From: Vicinamibacteria bacterium
GTDB taxonomy: Bacteria; Acidobacteriota; Vicinamibacteria; Marinacidobacterales; Marinacidobacteraceae
Length of the DNA stretch: 64,000 nt
Direction of reading: 5' to 3'
Assembly (NCBI GenBank): GCA_965199715.1
Contig: OZ241322.1
Span: 672,001-736,000, forward strand
Part shown: positions 18,527-28,987 of the stretch, in pieces
Layout of the letters: every line of letters begins with the position of its first letter
Position numbering within the stretch: position 1 is the first letter of the stretch
Notes under the pieces: model-generated
The model's input: the letters and a program-made list of their open reading frames with translations, nothing else
What the model was told of the DNA's origin: nothing
Database searches by the model: none
Position numbers and translations under genes: made by a program

Positions 18527-19177
18527 ATGGCGGAGCCGGGACCAAGACTGGGCGGGGCGCTGCGCCGCTACCTGCTCCGGGGGCTCCTGATCTGGATCCC
18601 GCTCGCGGCGGTGGTCCTCGCGGGGCGGATCGTCTATTCCATCCTCGTCTCGTGGCTGCTGCCGACCTACGGTTGGGAGACTCGCCTCCTCGCCATCGCG
18701 CTCACCCTCGCGGTCCTCGTCGCCACCGGCTGGACGGTCTCCCACCTCGGCGTCGCCCGGTATTTCTTTCGGGTGCTGGTGGATCAGCCGCTAAGCCGCA
18801 TCCCCGGCGTGCGCTGGGTCTATTCGGGGGTCCGCAGCCTCCTCGACGCGCTGCTCGCCCCGGGCAACGCGCTCGGCGCCGTGGTGCTCGTCGAGTACCC
18901 GCGGCGCGGCGTCTATTCCATCGCCTTCCGCATGTCGGGGAACCTCGGCGAGGTCCAGCACCGGGTGCAGGCCCGGGTGGGCCAGGCCGACGACGGCGAG
19001 GAGCGCGAGGTGATCGCGCTGTTCGTCCCGACCACGCCGAACCCCACGTCGGGAGTCGTCATCACCACGCCGCGGGACGAGGTCATCGAGCTCGACATGA
19101 ACCGGGAGCAGGCGCTCCAGCTCATCATCTCGCTCGGAGTCGTGGTCCCCGAGTGGAAGGCCGGGAAGGACTCCTAG
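18527..19177 (+). CDS. DUF502 family membrane protein
   Basis: VVLVEYPRRG and FVPTTPNPTSG motifs. Confidence 0.9.
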   Translation: MAEPGPRLGGALRRYLLRGLLIWIPLAAVVLAGRIVYSILVSWLLPTYGWETRLLAIALTLAVLVATGWTVSHLGVARYFFRVLVDQPLSRIPGVRWVYSGVRSLLDALLAPGNALGAVVLVEYPRRGVYSIAFRMSGNLGEVQHRVQARVGQADDGEEREVIALFVPTTPNPTSGVVITTPRDEVIELDMNREQALQLIISLGVVVPEWKAGKDS

Positions 19178-20532
19178 ACGACTCCCTGGTCCATCATCGA
19201 GTCGGCGACCTTTAGGAACCCGGCGATGTTGGCGCCGACGACGTAGTTCCCCGGCGAGCCGAAGCGCTCCGCCGCCCCGAGGCAGGCGAGGTGGATCTCC
19301 ACCATGATGTCCCGCAGGCGGTGGTCCACGACCTCCCGGGTCCACTGGATCACCGTCGCGTTCTGGGCCATTTCGAGGCCTGAGACCGCGACTCCGCCGG
19401 CGTTGGCCGCCTTGCCGGGCCCGAAGAGGATTCCGGCCTCGGTGAACTGGCGCACGGCGTCCGGGACCGACGGCATGTTGGCCCCCTCGGAGACGACGAA
19501 GCAGCCGTGCTTCAGCAGGTTCGCCGCGTCGCCGGCGGAGATCTCGTTCTGCGTCGCGCTCGGGAACGCGCAGGGGGCGGGAATCGCCCACATCGCGTTG
19601 TCCGCGCCGCCGCGGTCGGCGGCGTGGAAGCTGGCGCGGGGGAACTGCGCCGCGTACTCGGCGATGCGTCCGCGCCGCTCGTTCTTGAGCTCCATCACCC
19701 AGGCGAGCTTCTCCTCGTCGATCCCGTCGGGGTCGTGGACGAAGCCTCCCGAGTCCGACATGGTGAGCGGGCGGGCGCCCAGTTCGAGCAGTTTCTCCAC
19801 GGTGAACTGCGCCACGTTGCCGCTGCCGGACACGAGCGCGGTCTTCCCCTCGAGCGAGTCGTTGCGGGTCGAGAGCATCTCGGCGGCGAAGTACACCGCC
19901 CCGTAACCGGTGGCCTCGGGCCGGATCCGCGAGCCGCCCCATCCGATCGCCTTGCCGGTGAGAACCCCCGCGAACCGGTTCGAGATCCGCTTGTACTGCC
20001 CGAAGAGGAATCCGATCTCGCGGCCGCCCACGCCGATGTCGCCCGCGGGCACGTCGGTCTGGGCGCCGATGTGCCGGTAGAGCTCGGTCATGAACGACTG
20101 GCAAAAGCGCATCACCTCGGCGTCGCTCTTGCCCTTCGGATCGAAGTCGGAGCCGCCCTTCCCGCCGCCTAGTGGGAGCGTGGTGAGGGCGTTCTTGAAC
20201 ACCTGCTCGAAGGCGAGGAACTTGAGGATGCCGACGTACACCGACGGGTGGAACCGCAATCCGCCCTTGTAGGGGCCGATCGCGCTGCTCATCTCGATCC
20301 GGAACCCCCGGTTCACCTCCACCTTGCCTCGGTCGTTCGTCCACGGCACCCGGAACGTGATCGTTCGCTCGGGCTCGACGAGCCGGTCGAGGACGCGCGC
20401 CTGGCGGTACTCCGGGTGGCGCTCGATGACGCCTTCCACCGAAGCGAGCACCTCGTGGACCGCTTGGTGGAACTCCGGCTCGCCCGGATTCCGCGCGACG
20501 ACTGCGTTCATGACGGAGTCGATGTACTTCAT
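19174..20532 (-). CDS. gdhA: NADP-specific glutamate dehydrogenase
   Basis: EPEFHQAV, GPYKGGLRFHPSV, GGGKGGSDFDPKG, DVPAGDIGVG, RPEATGYG and PGKAANAGGV. Confidence 0.96.
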   Translation of the reverse strand: MKYIDSVMNAVVARNPGEPEFHQAVHEVLASVEGVIERHPEYRQARVLDRLVEPERTITFRVPWTNDRGKVEVNRGFRIEMSSAIGPYKGGLRFHPSVYVGILKFLAFEQVFKNALTTLPLGGGKGGSDFDPKGKSDAEVMRFCQSFMTELYRHIGAQTDVPAGDIGVGGREIGFLFGQYKRISNRFAGVLTGKAIGWGGSRIRPEATGYGAVYFAAEMLSTRNDSLEGKTALVSGSGNVAQFTVEKLLELGARPLTMSDSGGFVHDPDGIDEEKLAWVMELKNERRGRIAEYAAQFPRASFHAADRGGADNAMWAIPAPCAFPSATQNEISAGDAANLLKHGCFVVSEGANMPSVPDAVRQFTEAGILFGPGKAANAGGVAVSGLEMAQNATVIQWTREVVDHRLRDIMVEIHLACLGAAERFGSPGNYVVGANIAGFLKVADSMMDQGVV

Positions 20533-20586
20533 GGCGCGGGATTGTAGGGGGGGCCGGCGGAAACGGCGCCCCAGCGCGCGAGTGGC

Positions 20587-23523
20587 ATGCTCCGCTCCAT
20601 GCCCGTACCGGGGACGCTCTCGCCGGCCTTCGCCGACCTGCTCGGATTCCGGGTCCGGGAAGTGCTGCTCGTCCTGAACGAGTACGACGCCTTCATCCTC
20701 GCCGAGGACAGCCAGGTGAACGAGCGGGCGCCCGCCGACGCTCCGCCGCTGGAACTCCGGTTGACTCCGAGCGTGACGCAGGTGACGAGCGGGGGCGAGG
20801 CCCTGGAGCGGCTCGCCCGCCATCCCAACCGGTACGAGCTGGTGATCGCGTCCCCCCATCTCGGCGACATGGGTATCGGCGCCTTCGCCGCCCGGCTCCG
20901 GGAGCAGGGGCGCGCCACCCCGATCACGCCGCTGGGCTACGACGCCGGCGCCGTCCGGGAAGTGATGCGCCGCCATCCGTCGGCGGATTTCGAGACCCCC
21001 TTCGTCTGGCAGGGAGACGTGGGCGTCTTCCTCGCCATCGTCCGCCAGGTCGAAGACCGGCGGAACGCGCCGCACGACACGGGGGTCGGCGGCGTGCCCG
21101 CGATCCTCCTCGTCGAGGACAGCATCCGGTACTACTCGTCGTTCCTTCCGCAGGTCTATCAGGCGGTGGTCGAGCAGGTCGAACGGCTGGTTCGGGAGAG
21201 CGTCAGCCAGACCGAGCGGATCCACCGCATCCGCTCGCGGCCGAAGATCCTTCTCTCGAGCGACTACGAGTCCGCGTGGGAGTCGTTCATCCGATGGCCG
21301 GACGAGGTGCTCGGCGTCATCTCCGACGTGGAGTTCCCCCGCGCCGGCGTCCCCGATCCCCGGGCCGGCGAGCGATTCGTCCGCGCCGTGAAGGACGCCC
21401 GACCGGACATTCCGGTGATCCTCCACTCGCAGCGGCCGGAGAACCGGGCGGTCGCGAGCGGCGCGGGGGCCGACTTTCTCCTGAAGGGCTCGCCGAACCT
21501 CCTGCGCCAGGTGCGGGACCTGATCCGCTCGCGCTTCCACTTCGGCGACTTCGCGTTCCGGCTGCCCGACGGGACCGAGGTCGGCCGGGCCGCCGACCTC
21601 GACTCGTTCGAGCGCGAGATCGCCCGGGTCCCGCGGGAATCGGTGCTGCACCACGCCTGGAACAACGAGATCTCGCACTGGCTCATGGCGCGCGGCGAGC
21701 TGGAGCTGGCCCGGCTTCTGCGCGCCGTGCGCGTCCAGGACTACGGACCCGGCGAGCACATCGGCGCGGACGTGGCGCGGCGCCTCCGCCGACGGCGGCG
21801 CGAACGCACCCTGCGGGTGGTGGCGGACTTTCCTGCCGAGCGCTTCGAGGCGACCGAGGCCTTCTACCGGATCGGCGGCGGCTCGGTCGGCGGCAAGGGG
21901 CGCGGCCTCGCCTTCACGAATTCCCTGCTTGAGCGTTCGCGGATCGCCGAGCGCTTCCCCGAAACCCGCATTGCGGTGCCCCAAGCGGTGGTGCTTGCGA
22001 CTGGAGTCTTCGAGCAGTTCGTCGAGGAGAACGACCTGCTGGACTTCGCGCTTCACGCCGATGACGCGGACGAGCTGCTCCGGCGGTTCGACGCCGGCCG
22101 GTTCCCCGAATCGGCCAGCGCGGATCTGGCCCGGTACGCCGAGCGGGTCCGGTACCCGATCGCCGTGCGCTCCTCGAGCCTGCTCGAGGACTCGCCCTTC
22201 CAGCCGTTCGCCGGCGTGTACGAGACGTTCCTGCTGGCGAACCGTCCGCAGACCGCCCGGGGCCGGCTCCAGGCGCTGACGCGGGCGATCAAGCGGGTGT
22301 ACGCCTCGCTGTTCGCGCCCCGGGTGAAGCGCTTCGTCGCCCGCACGCCGTACCGGCTGGAGGAAGAGCGGATGGCGGTCATCCTTCAGCGGATCGTAGG
22401 ACGGGCGCACGGCGACCGCTTCTACCCCGACGTGGCCGGGACCGCCCGCTCGCGCAACGCCTGGCCGATCGCCCCGCTCCGAGCGGACGACGGGATCGCC
22501 GCCGTGGCGCTCGGGCTCGGCGAACACGTCACCGGCGGCGGCCCGAGCGTGGCGTTCGCGCCGCGGCGCCCCGAGGTCGCGCTCCGGTCCGGGAGGCCCG
22601 AGTCGTACGGCCAGACCGATTTCCTGGCGCTCGACCTCGCCCGCAGCCGGCTCGCGATGGCCCGCGAACCGCTGGCCCGCGCCGAGGCCGACGGCGTGCT
22701 GGGACGTCTCGCCTCCACGTGGTCGCCCGAAGACGACGCGCTCCGCATGGGAACCTCGAGGCCCGGACGCCGCCTCGTGACCCTCGCGCCGCTGCTCGAC
22801 GCGCCCGACGAGTTTCCGCTCGCGGCCATCCTCGGCGACCTGCTGGACCTTGGGGTCGAGGCCTGCCGGGGCGCGGTCGAACTGGAGTTCGCCGCGAACC
22901 TGGGGACCCCGCCGGAGTTCGGGTTCGTGCAGTTGCGCCGGCTCGAGACGGCCGCGTTCGGGAACGGGGCGGCGGAGCTGGAGCCGCCGCCCCCCGAGGC
23001 GATCCTCTGCCGCAGTCCCCGGGCGCTCGGGCGCGGACGGATCGAGGGTCTTGCGGTCATCATCGTCGTGGACCGCGACTCGTTCGACCGCGCCCGAAGC
23101 CGCGAGACCGCCGCCGAGATCGCCCGGCTGAACGCCCGGCTCGCGCGGGACGGCGAGGGCTACCTGCTGATCGGGGTCGGCCGCTGGGGGTCAAGCGACC
23201 CGTGGCTCGGGATCCCGGTTTCGTGGGACGAGGTCAGCGGCGCCCGCGTCATCGTGGAGGCCGGATTGCGGGATCTTCCGGTGGAGCCCTCGCAGGGAGC
23301 CCACTTTTTCGACAACCTCGTCTCGCATGGCGTGGGCTACTTCACCGTGAATCCGGAACTCGGCGACGGCGAGCTGGACTGGGACTGGATCGCCGCGCAG
23401 GAAGGCGAGGAGCGTCCGGGGGCCGTCCGGCTGCTGCGGCTTGCAAGCCCGCTCGAGGCGCGGCTCCCCGGCGGCGACGGGGACGGCTTCATCCTGAAGC
23501 CCGGCTACCAGAACACGACGTAG
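20587..23523 (+). CDS. PEP/pyruvate-binding (PPDK_N, ATP-grasp) protein with receiver-like N-terminal domains
   Basis: ILLVEDSIRYYS, GGKGRGL, AVRSSSLLED, FAGVYET, MAVILQ, GRWGSSDPWLGIPV and PSQGAHFF. Confidence 0.82.
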   Translation: MLRSMPVPGTLSPAFADLLGFRVREVLLVLNEYDAFILAEDSQVNERAPADAPPLELRLTPSVTQVTSGGEALERLARHPNRYELVIASPHLGDMGIGAFAARLREQGRATPITPLGYDAGAVREVMRRHPSADFETPFVWQGDVGVFLAIVRQVEDRRNAPHDTGVGGVPAILLVEDSIRYYSSFLPQVYQAVVEQVERLVRESVSQTERIHRIRSRPKILLSSDYESAWESFIRWPDEVLGVISDVEFPRAGVPDPRAGERFVRAVKDARPDIPVILHSQRPENRAVASGAGADFLLKGSPNLLRQVRDLIRSRFHFGDFAFRLPDGTEVGRAADLDSFEREIARVPRESVLHHAWNNEISHWLMARGELELARLLRAVRVQDYGPGEHIGADVARRLRRRRRERTLRVVADFPAERFEATEAFYRIGGGSVGGKGRGLAFTNSLLERSRIAERFPETRIAVPQAVVLATGVFEQFVEENDLLDFALHADDADELLRRFDAGRFPESASADLARYAERVRYPIAVRSSSLLEDSPFQPFAGVYETFLLANRPQTARGRLQALTRAIKRVYASLFAPRVKRFVARTPYRLEEERMAVILQRIVGRAHGDRFYPDVAGTARSRNAWPIAPLRADDGIAAVALGLGEHVTGGGPSVAFAPRRPEVALRSGRPESYGQTDFLALDLARSRLAMAREPLARAEADGVLGRLASTWSPEDDALRMGTSRPGRRLVTLAPLLDAPDEFPLAAILGDLLDLGVEACRGAVELEFAANLGTPPEFGFVQLRRLETAAFGNGAAELEPPPPEAILCRSPRALGRGRIEGLAVIIVVDRDSFDRARSRETAAEIARLNARLARDGEGYLLIGVGRWGSSDPWLGIPVSWDEVSGARVIVEAGLRDLPVEPSQGAHFFDNLVSHGVGYFTVNPELGDGELDWDWIAAQEGEERPGAVRLLRLASPLEARLPGGDGDGFILKPGYQNTT

Positions 23524-25106
23524 ATCGAGGCGATCGTCAGCAGCACCAGGCCGCCCTTCCAGTACACGCCGGGCAACGGGGTCAGGTCCACGCCTTCGGG
23601 CGGCTTCGGCTCGGGGCGGGGCCGGACCTCCGGCTTCCGCCACGCCGCCAGCGCGAGCCCGCCCACCAGCAGCAGGAAGCTGATCCCCATGTGGTGGAGG
23701 AAGGCCGTCTCCGGCCAACCGAGGCGGAGCGCCCCGTAGATGGGGATGCCCGTCACGAGCGCCCAGCGAGCGGCGAACGCGGGGACCCGGGTCGTGAGCA
23801 CGCCGGCGAAGAAGACCGCGACGACGCCCGGAGTCACGAAGCCCCACACCGTCTGGATGTAGCGGAACACGCCGGGGAAGCCGCCGATGAGCGGCGCCCA
23901 CAGACACGACGCGACGACGAAGGCGACCGACGCGCGGCGCGCCACGCCGACCGGGCCCCTACGGCTGCGGGGGAAGACGCGGCGGTGCAGATCCAGGGCG
24001 TACATCGTCGAGGCTGAGTTCAACATCGAGTTGAACGAGCTCATGATCGCCCCGGCGAGCGCCGCGAGGAGCACTCCGCGCAGCGCCGGCGGGAGGAGCT
24101 CGCGCACGAGCACCGGATACGCCTGGTCGGGGTGGGCGATCTGGTCGCCGTAGAGCTGCGCCGCGAGGATACCGGGGAGGCAGATCAGAAACGGGACGAC
24201 GATCTTGAGCCACGCCCCGAAGATCACCCCGCGCTGGCCCTCGGCGAGGCTGCGCGCCGCGAGCGTGCGCTGGACGACGAACTGGTTCACCCCCCAGTAG
24301 AAGAACTGCGCGATCCAGAGCCCGCCGACGAACACCGCCGTCCACGGGACTTCGGGGTGGTCGGCGGGCAGCGCGGTGTGGAGCCGGTCGCGGTTCGCCT
24401 CGAGGAAACGCGCCGCGCCCTCGAGAACTCCCTGCCCGCCGCTCACCGCGTCGAGCCCGATCCACAGCACCATGACCCCGCCCAGCAGGATCACGACTCC
24501 CTGGATGAAGTCGGACCAGACCACCGCCCGCAGGCCGCCGTAGATCGTGTAGGCGCTCGCGAAGAGGCCGATGCCCCATACGCCGAACAGCGTGGCGGCG
24601 AGTTCCCCGCCCTCGGGGGACAGCCCGAGGAAGCCCGACGCGGCCTCGGGAACGAGGAAGATCGCGTTCAGCGCCACCGCCCCGGCGTAGAGCACGGTCG
24701 CCATCGCCACGAAGACGGTGGCGAGGGTCAGGAGCGCGGCGAGGATCGTCCGGGCGCCCCGGTCGTAGCGCCGCTCGAGGAACTCGGGCATCGTGTAGAT
24801 GCCGCTGCGCAGGTAGCGGGGCAGCAGGAACCAGCCGATGACGATGAGCGCGGCCGCGGCGGTCCACTCGTAGCTCGCGATCGCGAGGCCCACGTCGGTC
24901 GCGGCGGCGCCCGACATGCCGACGAAGTGCTCGGTCGAGATGTTCGTCGCCACGAGCGACATCCCGATCGCCCACCCGCCCACGTTGCGCCCGGCGAGGA
25001 AGTAGTGGTTCGCGTCCCGCTTGCCCCTCGCAGCGCGCAGCGAGATGAACATCACCGCGCCGAGGAACAGGACGAACGTCGCAAGGTCGGTGAGCGACAG
25101 CGGCAT
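23505..25106 (-). CDS. Sodium:solute (sugar-type SGLT) symporter
   Basis: YFLAGR, TNISTEHFVGMSG, ASYEW, YTMPEFLERRY and NQFVVQRTLAA. Confidence 0.9.
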   Translation of the reverse strand: MPLSLTDLATFVLFLGAVMFISLRAARGKRDANHYFLAGRNVGGWAIGMSLVATNISTEHFVGMSGAAATDVGLAIASYEWTAAAALIVIGWFLLPRYLRSGIYTMPEFLERRYDRGARTILAALLTLATVFVAMATVLYAGAVALNAIFLVPEAASGFLGLSPEGGELAATLFGVWGIGLFASAYTIYGGLRAVVWSDFIQGVVILLGGVMVLWIGLDAVSGGQGVLEGAARFLEANRDRLHTALPADHPEVPWTAVFVGGLWIAQFFYWGVNQFVVQRTLAARSLAEGQRGVIFGAWLKIVVPFLICLPGILAAQLYGDQIAHPDQAYPVLVRELLPPALRGVLLAALAGAIMSSFNSMLNSASTMYALDLHRRVFPRSRRGPVGVARRASVAFVVASCLWAPLIGGFPGVFRYIQTVWGFVTPGVVAVFFAGVLTTRVPAFAARWALVTGIPIYGALRLGWPETAFLHHMGISFLLLVGGLALAAWRKPEVRPRPEPKPPEGVDLTPLPGVYWKGGLVLLTIASIYVVFW

Positions 25107-25139
25107 GGGGGCAGGATTGTGCGCTATAACTCCGGCGAG

Positions 25140-25397
25140 ATGGCTCGCATCGGCTGGCTGGCGAGCCTTCTCGTTCCGCTGGTTCTGCTCGCGGGCGCCG
25201 AGTCGGCTCTGCCCCACGAGGACCACGCCGGCTCCGAGTGCGCCGGCTGCCACGCGGCTGACGCTCCGGCGACGCTCGCAGCCCGCTCCGGACTTCCGGC
25301 GCCGCCCGCGGCCGTCGCAGCCGGCCCGGTTCACGCGGAACCGCCGCATCCGGCGCGCCGCGCGCTCCTCCGGCCCGCCCGCGCTCCGCCGGCGTAA
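25140..25397 (+). CDS. DUF2946/CruR-like leader peptide (CxxC plus C-terminal RAPP)
   Basis: 85 aa: hydrophobic N-terminus, HEDH...CAGCH, Pro/Ala linker, ending RAPPA-stop. Lies directly upstream of a TonB receptor. Hidden at the tail of track ORF 24132..25397. Confidence 0.8.
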   Translation: MARIGWLASLLVPLVLLAGAESALPHEDHAGSECAGCHAADAPATLAARSGLPAPPAAVAAGPVHAEPPHPARRALLRPARAPPA

Positions 25398-25399
25398 CT

Positions 25400-25446
25400 C
25401 CGAACTCCCGCCGCGCCCGTTCGCTTCACGGCGGACGGGGGTTCGG
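25400..25446 (+). promoter_or_regulatory. GC-rich stem-loop immediately after the RAPP leader stop codon
   Basis: CCGAACTCCC...GGGGGTTCGG outer pairing, with an alternative inner pairing CCCGTTCGC/GCGGACGGG. Confidence 0.45.
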
Positions 25447-25586
25447 CGCGCGCCCGGTCGTCCGGACCCGGCGCGTCCCCGGGAGGGACCGCCGTCGTTC
25501 CCCGAGCCCTCGGGAGCCGGCCGCCTCCCCACGTCAGGCGCGGCGCCCCTGCCGCAATTTCCTCAAGGGGGCCAGGAGCGCCAAGC

Positions 25587-27956
25587 GTGACCCGACTACT
25601 TCTCTTCTTTTCCCTGGCGGCCGGGATGGCCGCCGCCGCTGCCGGGCAGCCGACCGGCTCCGTGAGCGGGGTCGTGACCTTCGCGGAGAGCGGCGCCCCC
25701 GCGGCCGGAGCCTCCGTCCGCGTCCCCGCCGCCGGAGCCTCCGCCACCACCGACGCCGAAGGGCGTTTCGAGATCGCCGGCCTGCCCGCCGGAACCCACG
25801 AGGTGCTCGTCGAGCAGGGCGTGGTCGTCAGCGCCCGGCGCGAGGTCGCGATCCGCGCCGGCGCCTCCGTGACGGCCGACTTCCAGATCCGCGCCGCCGT
25901 CGAGGAGCGCATCTCGGTGACCGCCGAGGCGCCCGGCTACCGCGCCGAGAGCGCCGTCGTCGGCCGCATGCCGGCGGCCCTGCTGGACACGCCGTCGTCC
26001 ATCCAGGTGATCCGCCGGGAGCTGATCGAGGACCAGGTCGCCGCGACGCCGGACGACGTCTATCGCAACATCGCCGGGATCACGAGCTCCCCCTACGCGA
26101 GCATCGTCGCCCGCGGATTCACCCAGCGCGACTTCGTTTTCAACGGCGTCCGCGGCAACCCCTACGGGAGCCTCGGCGGCGACGTGAACGCCTCGGGCTT
26201 CAGCGTCAGCCAGCTCCAGCTCAGCAACATCGAGCGCGTCGAGGCGCTGCGGGGTCCGGCGTCGGTGCTCTACGGCTCGTCCGAGCCGGGCGGCGTCGTG
26301 AACTTCGTCACCGCCAAGCCGAGCGACGAGTTCGGCGTCCGCGGCTCGGTCCGCCTCGGCCAGTACGACCAGGTCTGGGGATCGGCGGAAGTCACGGGCC
26401 CGCTCGGCGACGAGGAGCGCGTGCTCTACCGGGTCGCCGCCTACGGCAACGACCGCGACAGCTTTCGCAACAACGCCTCCATGCGGAACGTCCACCTCGT
26501 CGGCAACCTGACCTTCCGCGTCACCGACGACGCGAACCTGTCCTTCGAGTACGAGAACATCGACCAGGAGCTCACCGGCCACCGGCTGCGGGGGGTCCCG
26601 GTGGACTCCGACGGGAACTTCCTGACGGACGTCGAGTGGACCGCGACCGAGCCCACCGACTTCACCGACCTCCGCGCGAAAGTCTTCCAGGCGCGCTGGG
26701 ACCAGGTCTTCGCCCGCGATTGGGCGCTGGACGCCACCGTGCGCTACCTCGACTACGACCGCGATCAGGAGTACCACGAGCCGCGCCGGATCACCCCGGA
26801 GAACACGATGCGGCGGCACTTCCGCGACCAGACCCGCACCAACGAGGACGTCTCGGTCGTGCTCAACGTGAACAAGATCGTCGAGACCGGCGCCCTCGAG
26901 CACCGGCTGCTCTTCGGGGCCGACCTGTTCCGCCAGGACCACACGTTCACCTACGGGCGGGCGCGGGAAGTCGCCGCCGGCGGACCGGTTCCGGATCTCC
27001 ATCTTTTCGATCCGCAGTACGGAGTGACCGGGGGCCCGGACTACGGGCTGGACGAGAGCACGTTCCCGACGGACACGGCAGTCGCCCGACAGGTCGGCGT
27101 GTACTTCCAGGACCACATCGATCTCGGAACGGCGTTCCACTTCGTGGCCGGGGGCCGCTACAACGCCTACGACGACCGCGGCGTGGCCGCCGGCGACGAC
27201 CTCTCGAGCGAGCAGCGCGGACTCACCGGCAAGCTCGGACTGGTGTTCAAGCCGGAGCAGGCGTGGTCGCTCTACGGCAGCGCCTCCACCGGATTCAACC
27301 GGCCGGGCATCCTCGCCCAGACGCCGAACGCGAACGGCCCGTTCGATCCCGAGACTTCGGTACAGTTCGAGGTCGGCGCCAAGACCGAGATCCGCCGCGA
27401 CCTCTCGATCGCCGCGTCGCTGTTCACCATCACCAAGTCCAACGTGCTGCGCCCCGATCCGGACCTTGGACCCAACGGGGACAACTACAACGCGGCGCTG
27501 CAGGTCGGCCAGGCCCGCAACCGGGGAGTCGAGCTGGAGCTCATGGGCGCGCTGACGCCGCGCTGGCAGGCCGCGGTGAACTACACGTACCTCGACTCGG
27601 AAATCCTCGAGGACACGAGCGCCGCCGCCGTCGGCGAGCCGCTCCCGAACGCCGCGCCGCACGCGCTCGGCGTGTTCACTCGCCTCGACCTCTTCCTCGA
27701 GGCCGCCGCCGGACTCGGCGTCACCCACCTGGGCGAGCGGATCGAACCCTACGCCGGGATCAAGGCTCCGGCCTACACGGTGGTGGACCTGTTCCTGTAC
27801 CGGGACTTCGGCGATCGGGTCCAGATCCAGGCGAAGCTGGAGAACGTCTTCGACGAGGTTTACGCCACGAGCTCGCTCTTCTCCTCGCGCGCCGGCAACT
27901 TCCCCGGACAGCCCCGGACCTTCTCCGTGCTGCTGTCCTTCGACGGCCTCCGATGA
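25587..27956 (+). CDS. TonB-dependent (siderophore/metal-type) receptor
   Basis: Signal peptide, LDTPSSIQVI, IERVEALRGPASVLYG, FDPETSVQFEVG and C-terminal PGQPRTF. Confidence 0.92.
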   Translation: MTRLLLFFSLAAGMAAAAAGQPTGSVSGVVTFAESGAPAAGASVRVPAAGASATTDAEGRFEIAGLPAGTHEVLVEQGVVVSARREVAIRAGASVTADFQIRAAVEERISVTAEAPGYRAESAVVGRMPAALLDTPSSIQVIRRELIEDQVAATPDDVYRNIAGITSSPYASIVARGFTQRDFVFNGVRGNPYGSLGGDVNASGFSVSQLQLSNIERVEALRGPASVLYGSSEPGGVVNFVTAKPSDEFGVRGSVRLGQYDQVWGSAEVTGPLGDEERVLYRVAAYGNDRDSFRNNASMRNVHLVGNLTFRVTDDANLSFEYENIDQELTGHRLRGVPVDSDGNFLTDVEWTATEPTDFTDLRAKVFQARWDQVFARDWALDATVRYLDYDRDQEYHEPRRITPENTMRRHFRDQTRTNEDVSVVLNVNKIVETGALEHRLLFGADLFRQDHTFTYGRAREVAAGGPVPDLHLFDPQYGVTGGPDYGLDESTFPTDTAVARQVGVYFQDHIDLGTAFHFVAGGRYNAYDDRGVAAGDDLSSEQRGLTGKLGLVFKPEQAWSLYGSASTGFNRPGILAQTPNANGPFDPETSVQFEVGAKTEIRRDLSIAASLFTITKSNVLRPDPDLGPNGDNYNAALQVGQARNRGVELELMGALTPRWQAAVNYTYLDSEILEDTSAAAVGEPLPNAAPHALGVFTRLDLFLEAAAGLGVTHLGERIEPYAGIKAPAYTVVDLFLYRDFGDRVQIQAKLENVFDEVYATSSLFSSRAGNFPGQPRTFSVLLSFDGLR

Positions 27957-28987
27957 AGCGCCTCGCCGCTCTCGCGTTCTCCCTGCTGCTCCCGGCTCTC
28001 GCCGGGGCGCAGCAGGCGTACCGGCTGGGCGACCTCGAAGTCCGGCCGGGAAGCGTCGAGTCCGGCCGGGTCGAGGTGCCGGGGACGGAGACCTTCATCC
28101 CCGTCTCCGTGGCGCACGGCGCCCGGCCCGGCCCGGTGCTCACGCTCATCGCCGGGGTGCACGGATCCGAGTACTCGCCGATCCTCGCGCTCCACCGCCT
28201 CCGGCCCATGCTCGATCCGGCGGAGATTTCGGGAACGGTGGTCATGGTCCACATGGCCAACCTGCCGGCGTTCCAGCGACGGACGATCTACTACTCGCCC
28301 GACGACTGGGGCAACCTGAACCGGTCCTTTCCCGGCAAGGCGGACGGCGCCGTCAGGGAACGGATCGCCCATACCCTCACCCAGCAGCTGATCGCGCCGT
28401 CCGACTACATGATGGACATCCACTCCGGCGACGCCAACGAATGGCTGCGGCCCTCATGGACCGGGTACTACGCGACGTCCGGCGGCGAGCGGGTGATCGA
28501 GGACTCGCGGCGGATGGCCATGGCGTTCGGCCTCGACACCATCGTGGCGTTCGACTACGACCTCGACGCGCAGGGAGCGCCGTGGTGCGGTTCGACGGCA
28601 GTGTCGCTGGGCGTCCCGTCCATCGACGTCGAGGCCGGCGAGATGGGCCTCATCGACGATCAGCCGATCAACCAGATCGTGGACGGAATCCGCAGCGTGA
28701 TGCGGGAGCTGGACATGGCCCCCGGCGAGCCGGAGCCAGCGGTGAACCCGTTCATCGTCCGGGAGCGCAGCTTCGTCGGAAGCGACCACGACGGAGTGTG
28801 GGACCCGAATCCCGACCTCCGGGCGGGCGACTACGTCCACGAGGGCCTCCTCCTCGGAACAGTCCAGGACTTCCACGGCCGCCCGATCGAGGAGATCCGG
28901 GCGCCGAAGGGCGGATTGCTGATGATCCTCATCGGGACCCCGCCCGTGAACGCCGGCGATTCCGTAGCGGTCATCGCCCACCCGTGA
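27953..28987 (+). CDS. Secreted M14/succinylglutamate desuccinylase-aspartoacylase family zinc hydrolase
   Basis: Signal peptide, GVHGSEY, NLNRSFPG and DIHSG. ATG overlaps the receptor stop. Confidence 0.85.
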   Translation: MKRLAALAFSLLLPALAGAQQAYRLGDLEVRPGSVESGRVEVPGTETFIPVSVAHGARPGPVLTLIAGVHGSEYSPILALHRLRPMLDPAEISGTVVMVHMANLPAFQRRTIYYSPDDWGNLNRSFPGKADGAVRERIAHTLTQQLIAPSDYMMDIHSGDANEWLRPSWTGYYATSGGERVIEDSRRMAMAFGLDTIVAFDYDLDAQGAPWCGSTAVSLGVPSIDVEAGEMGLIDDQPINQIVDGIRSVMRELDMAPGEPEPAVNPFIVRERSFVGSDHDGVWDPNPDLRAGDYVHEGLLLGTVQDFHGRPIEEIRAPKGGLLMILIGTPPVNAGDSVAVIAHP

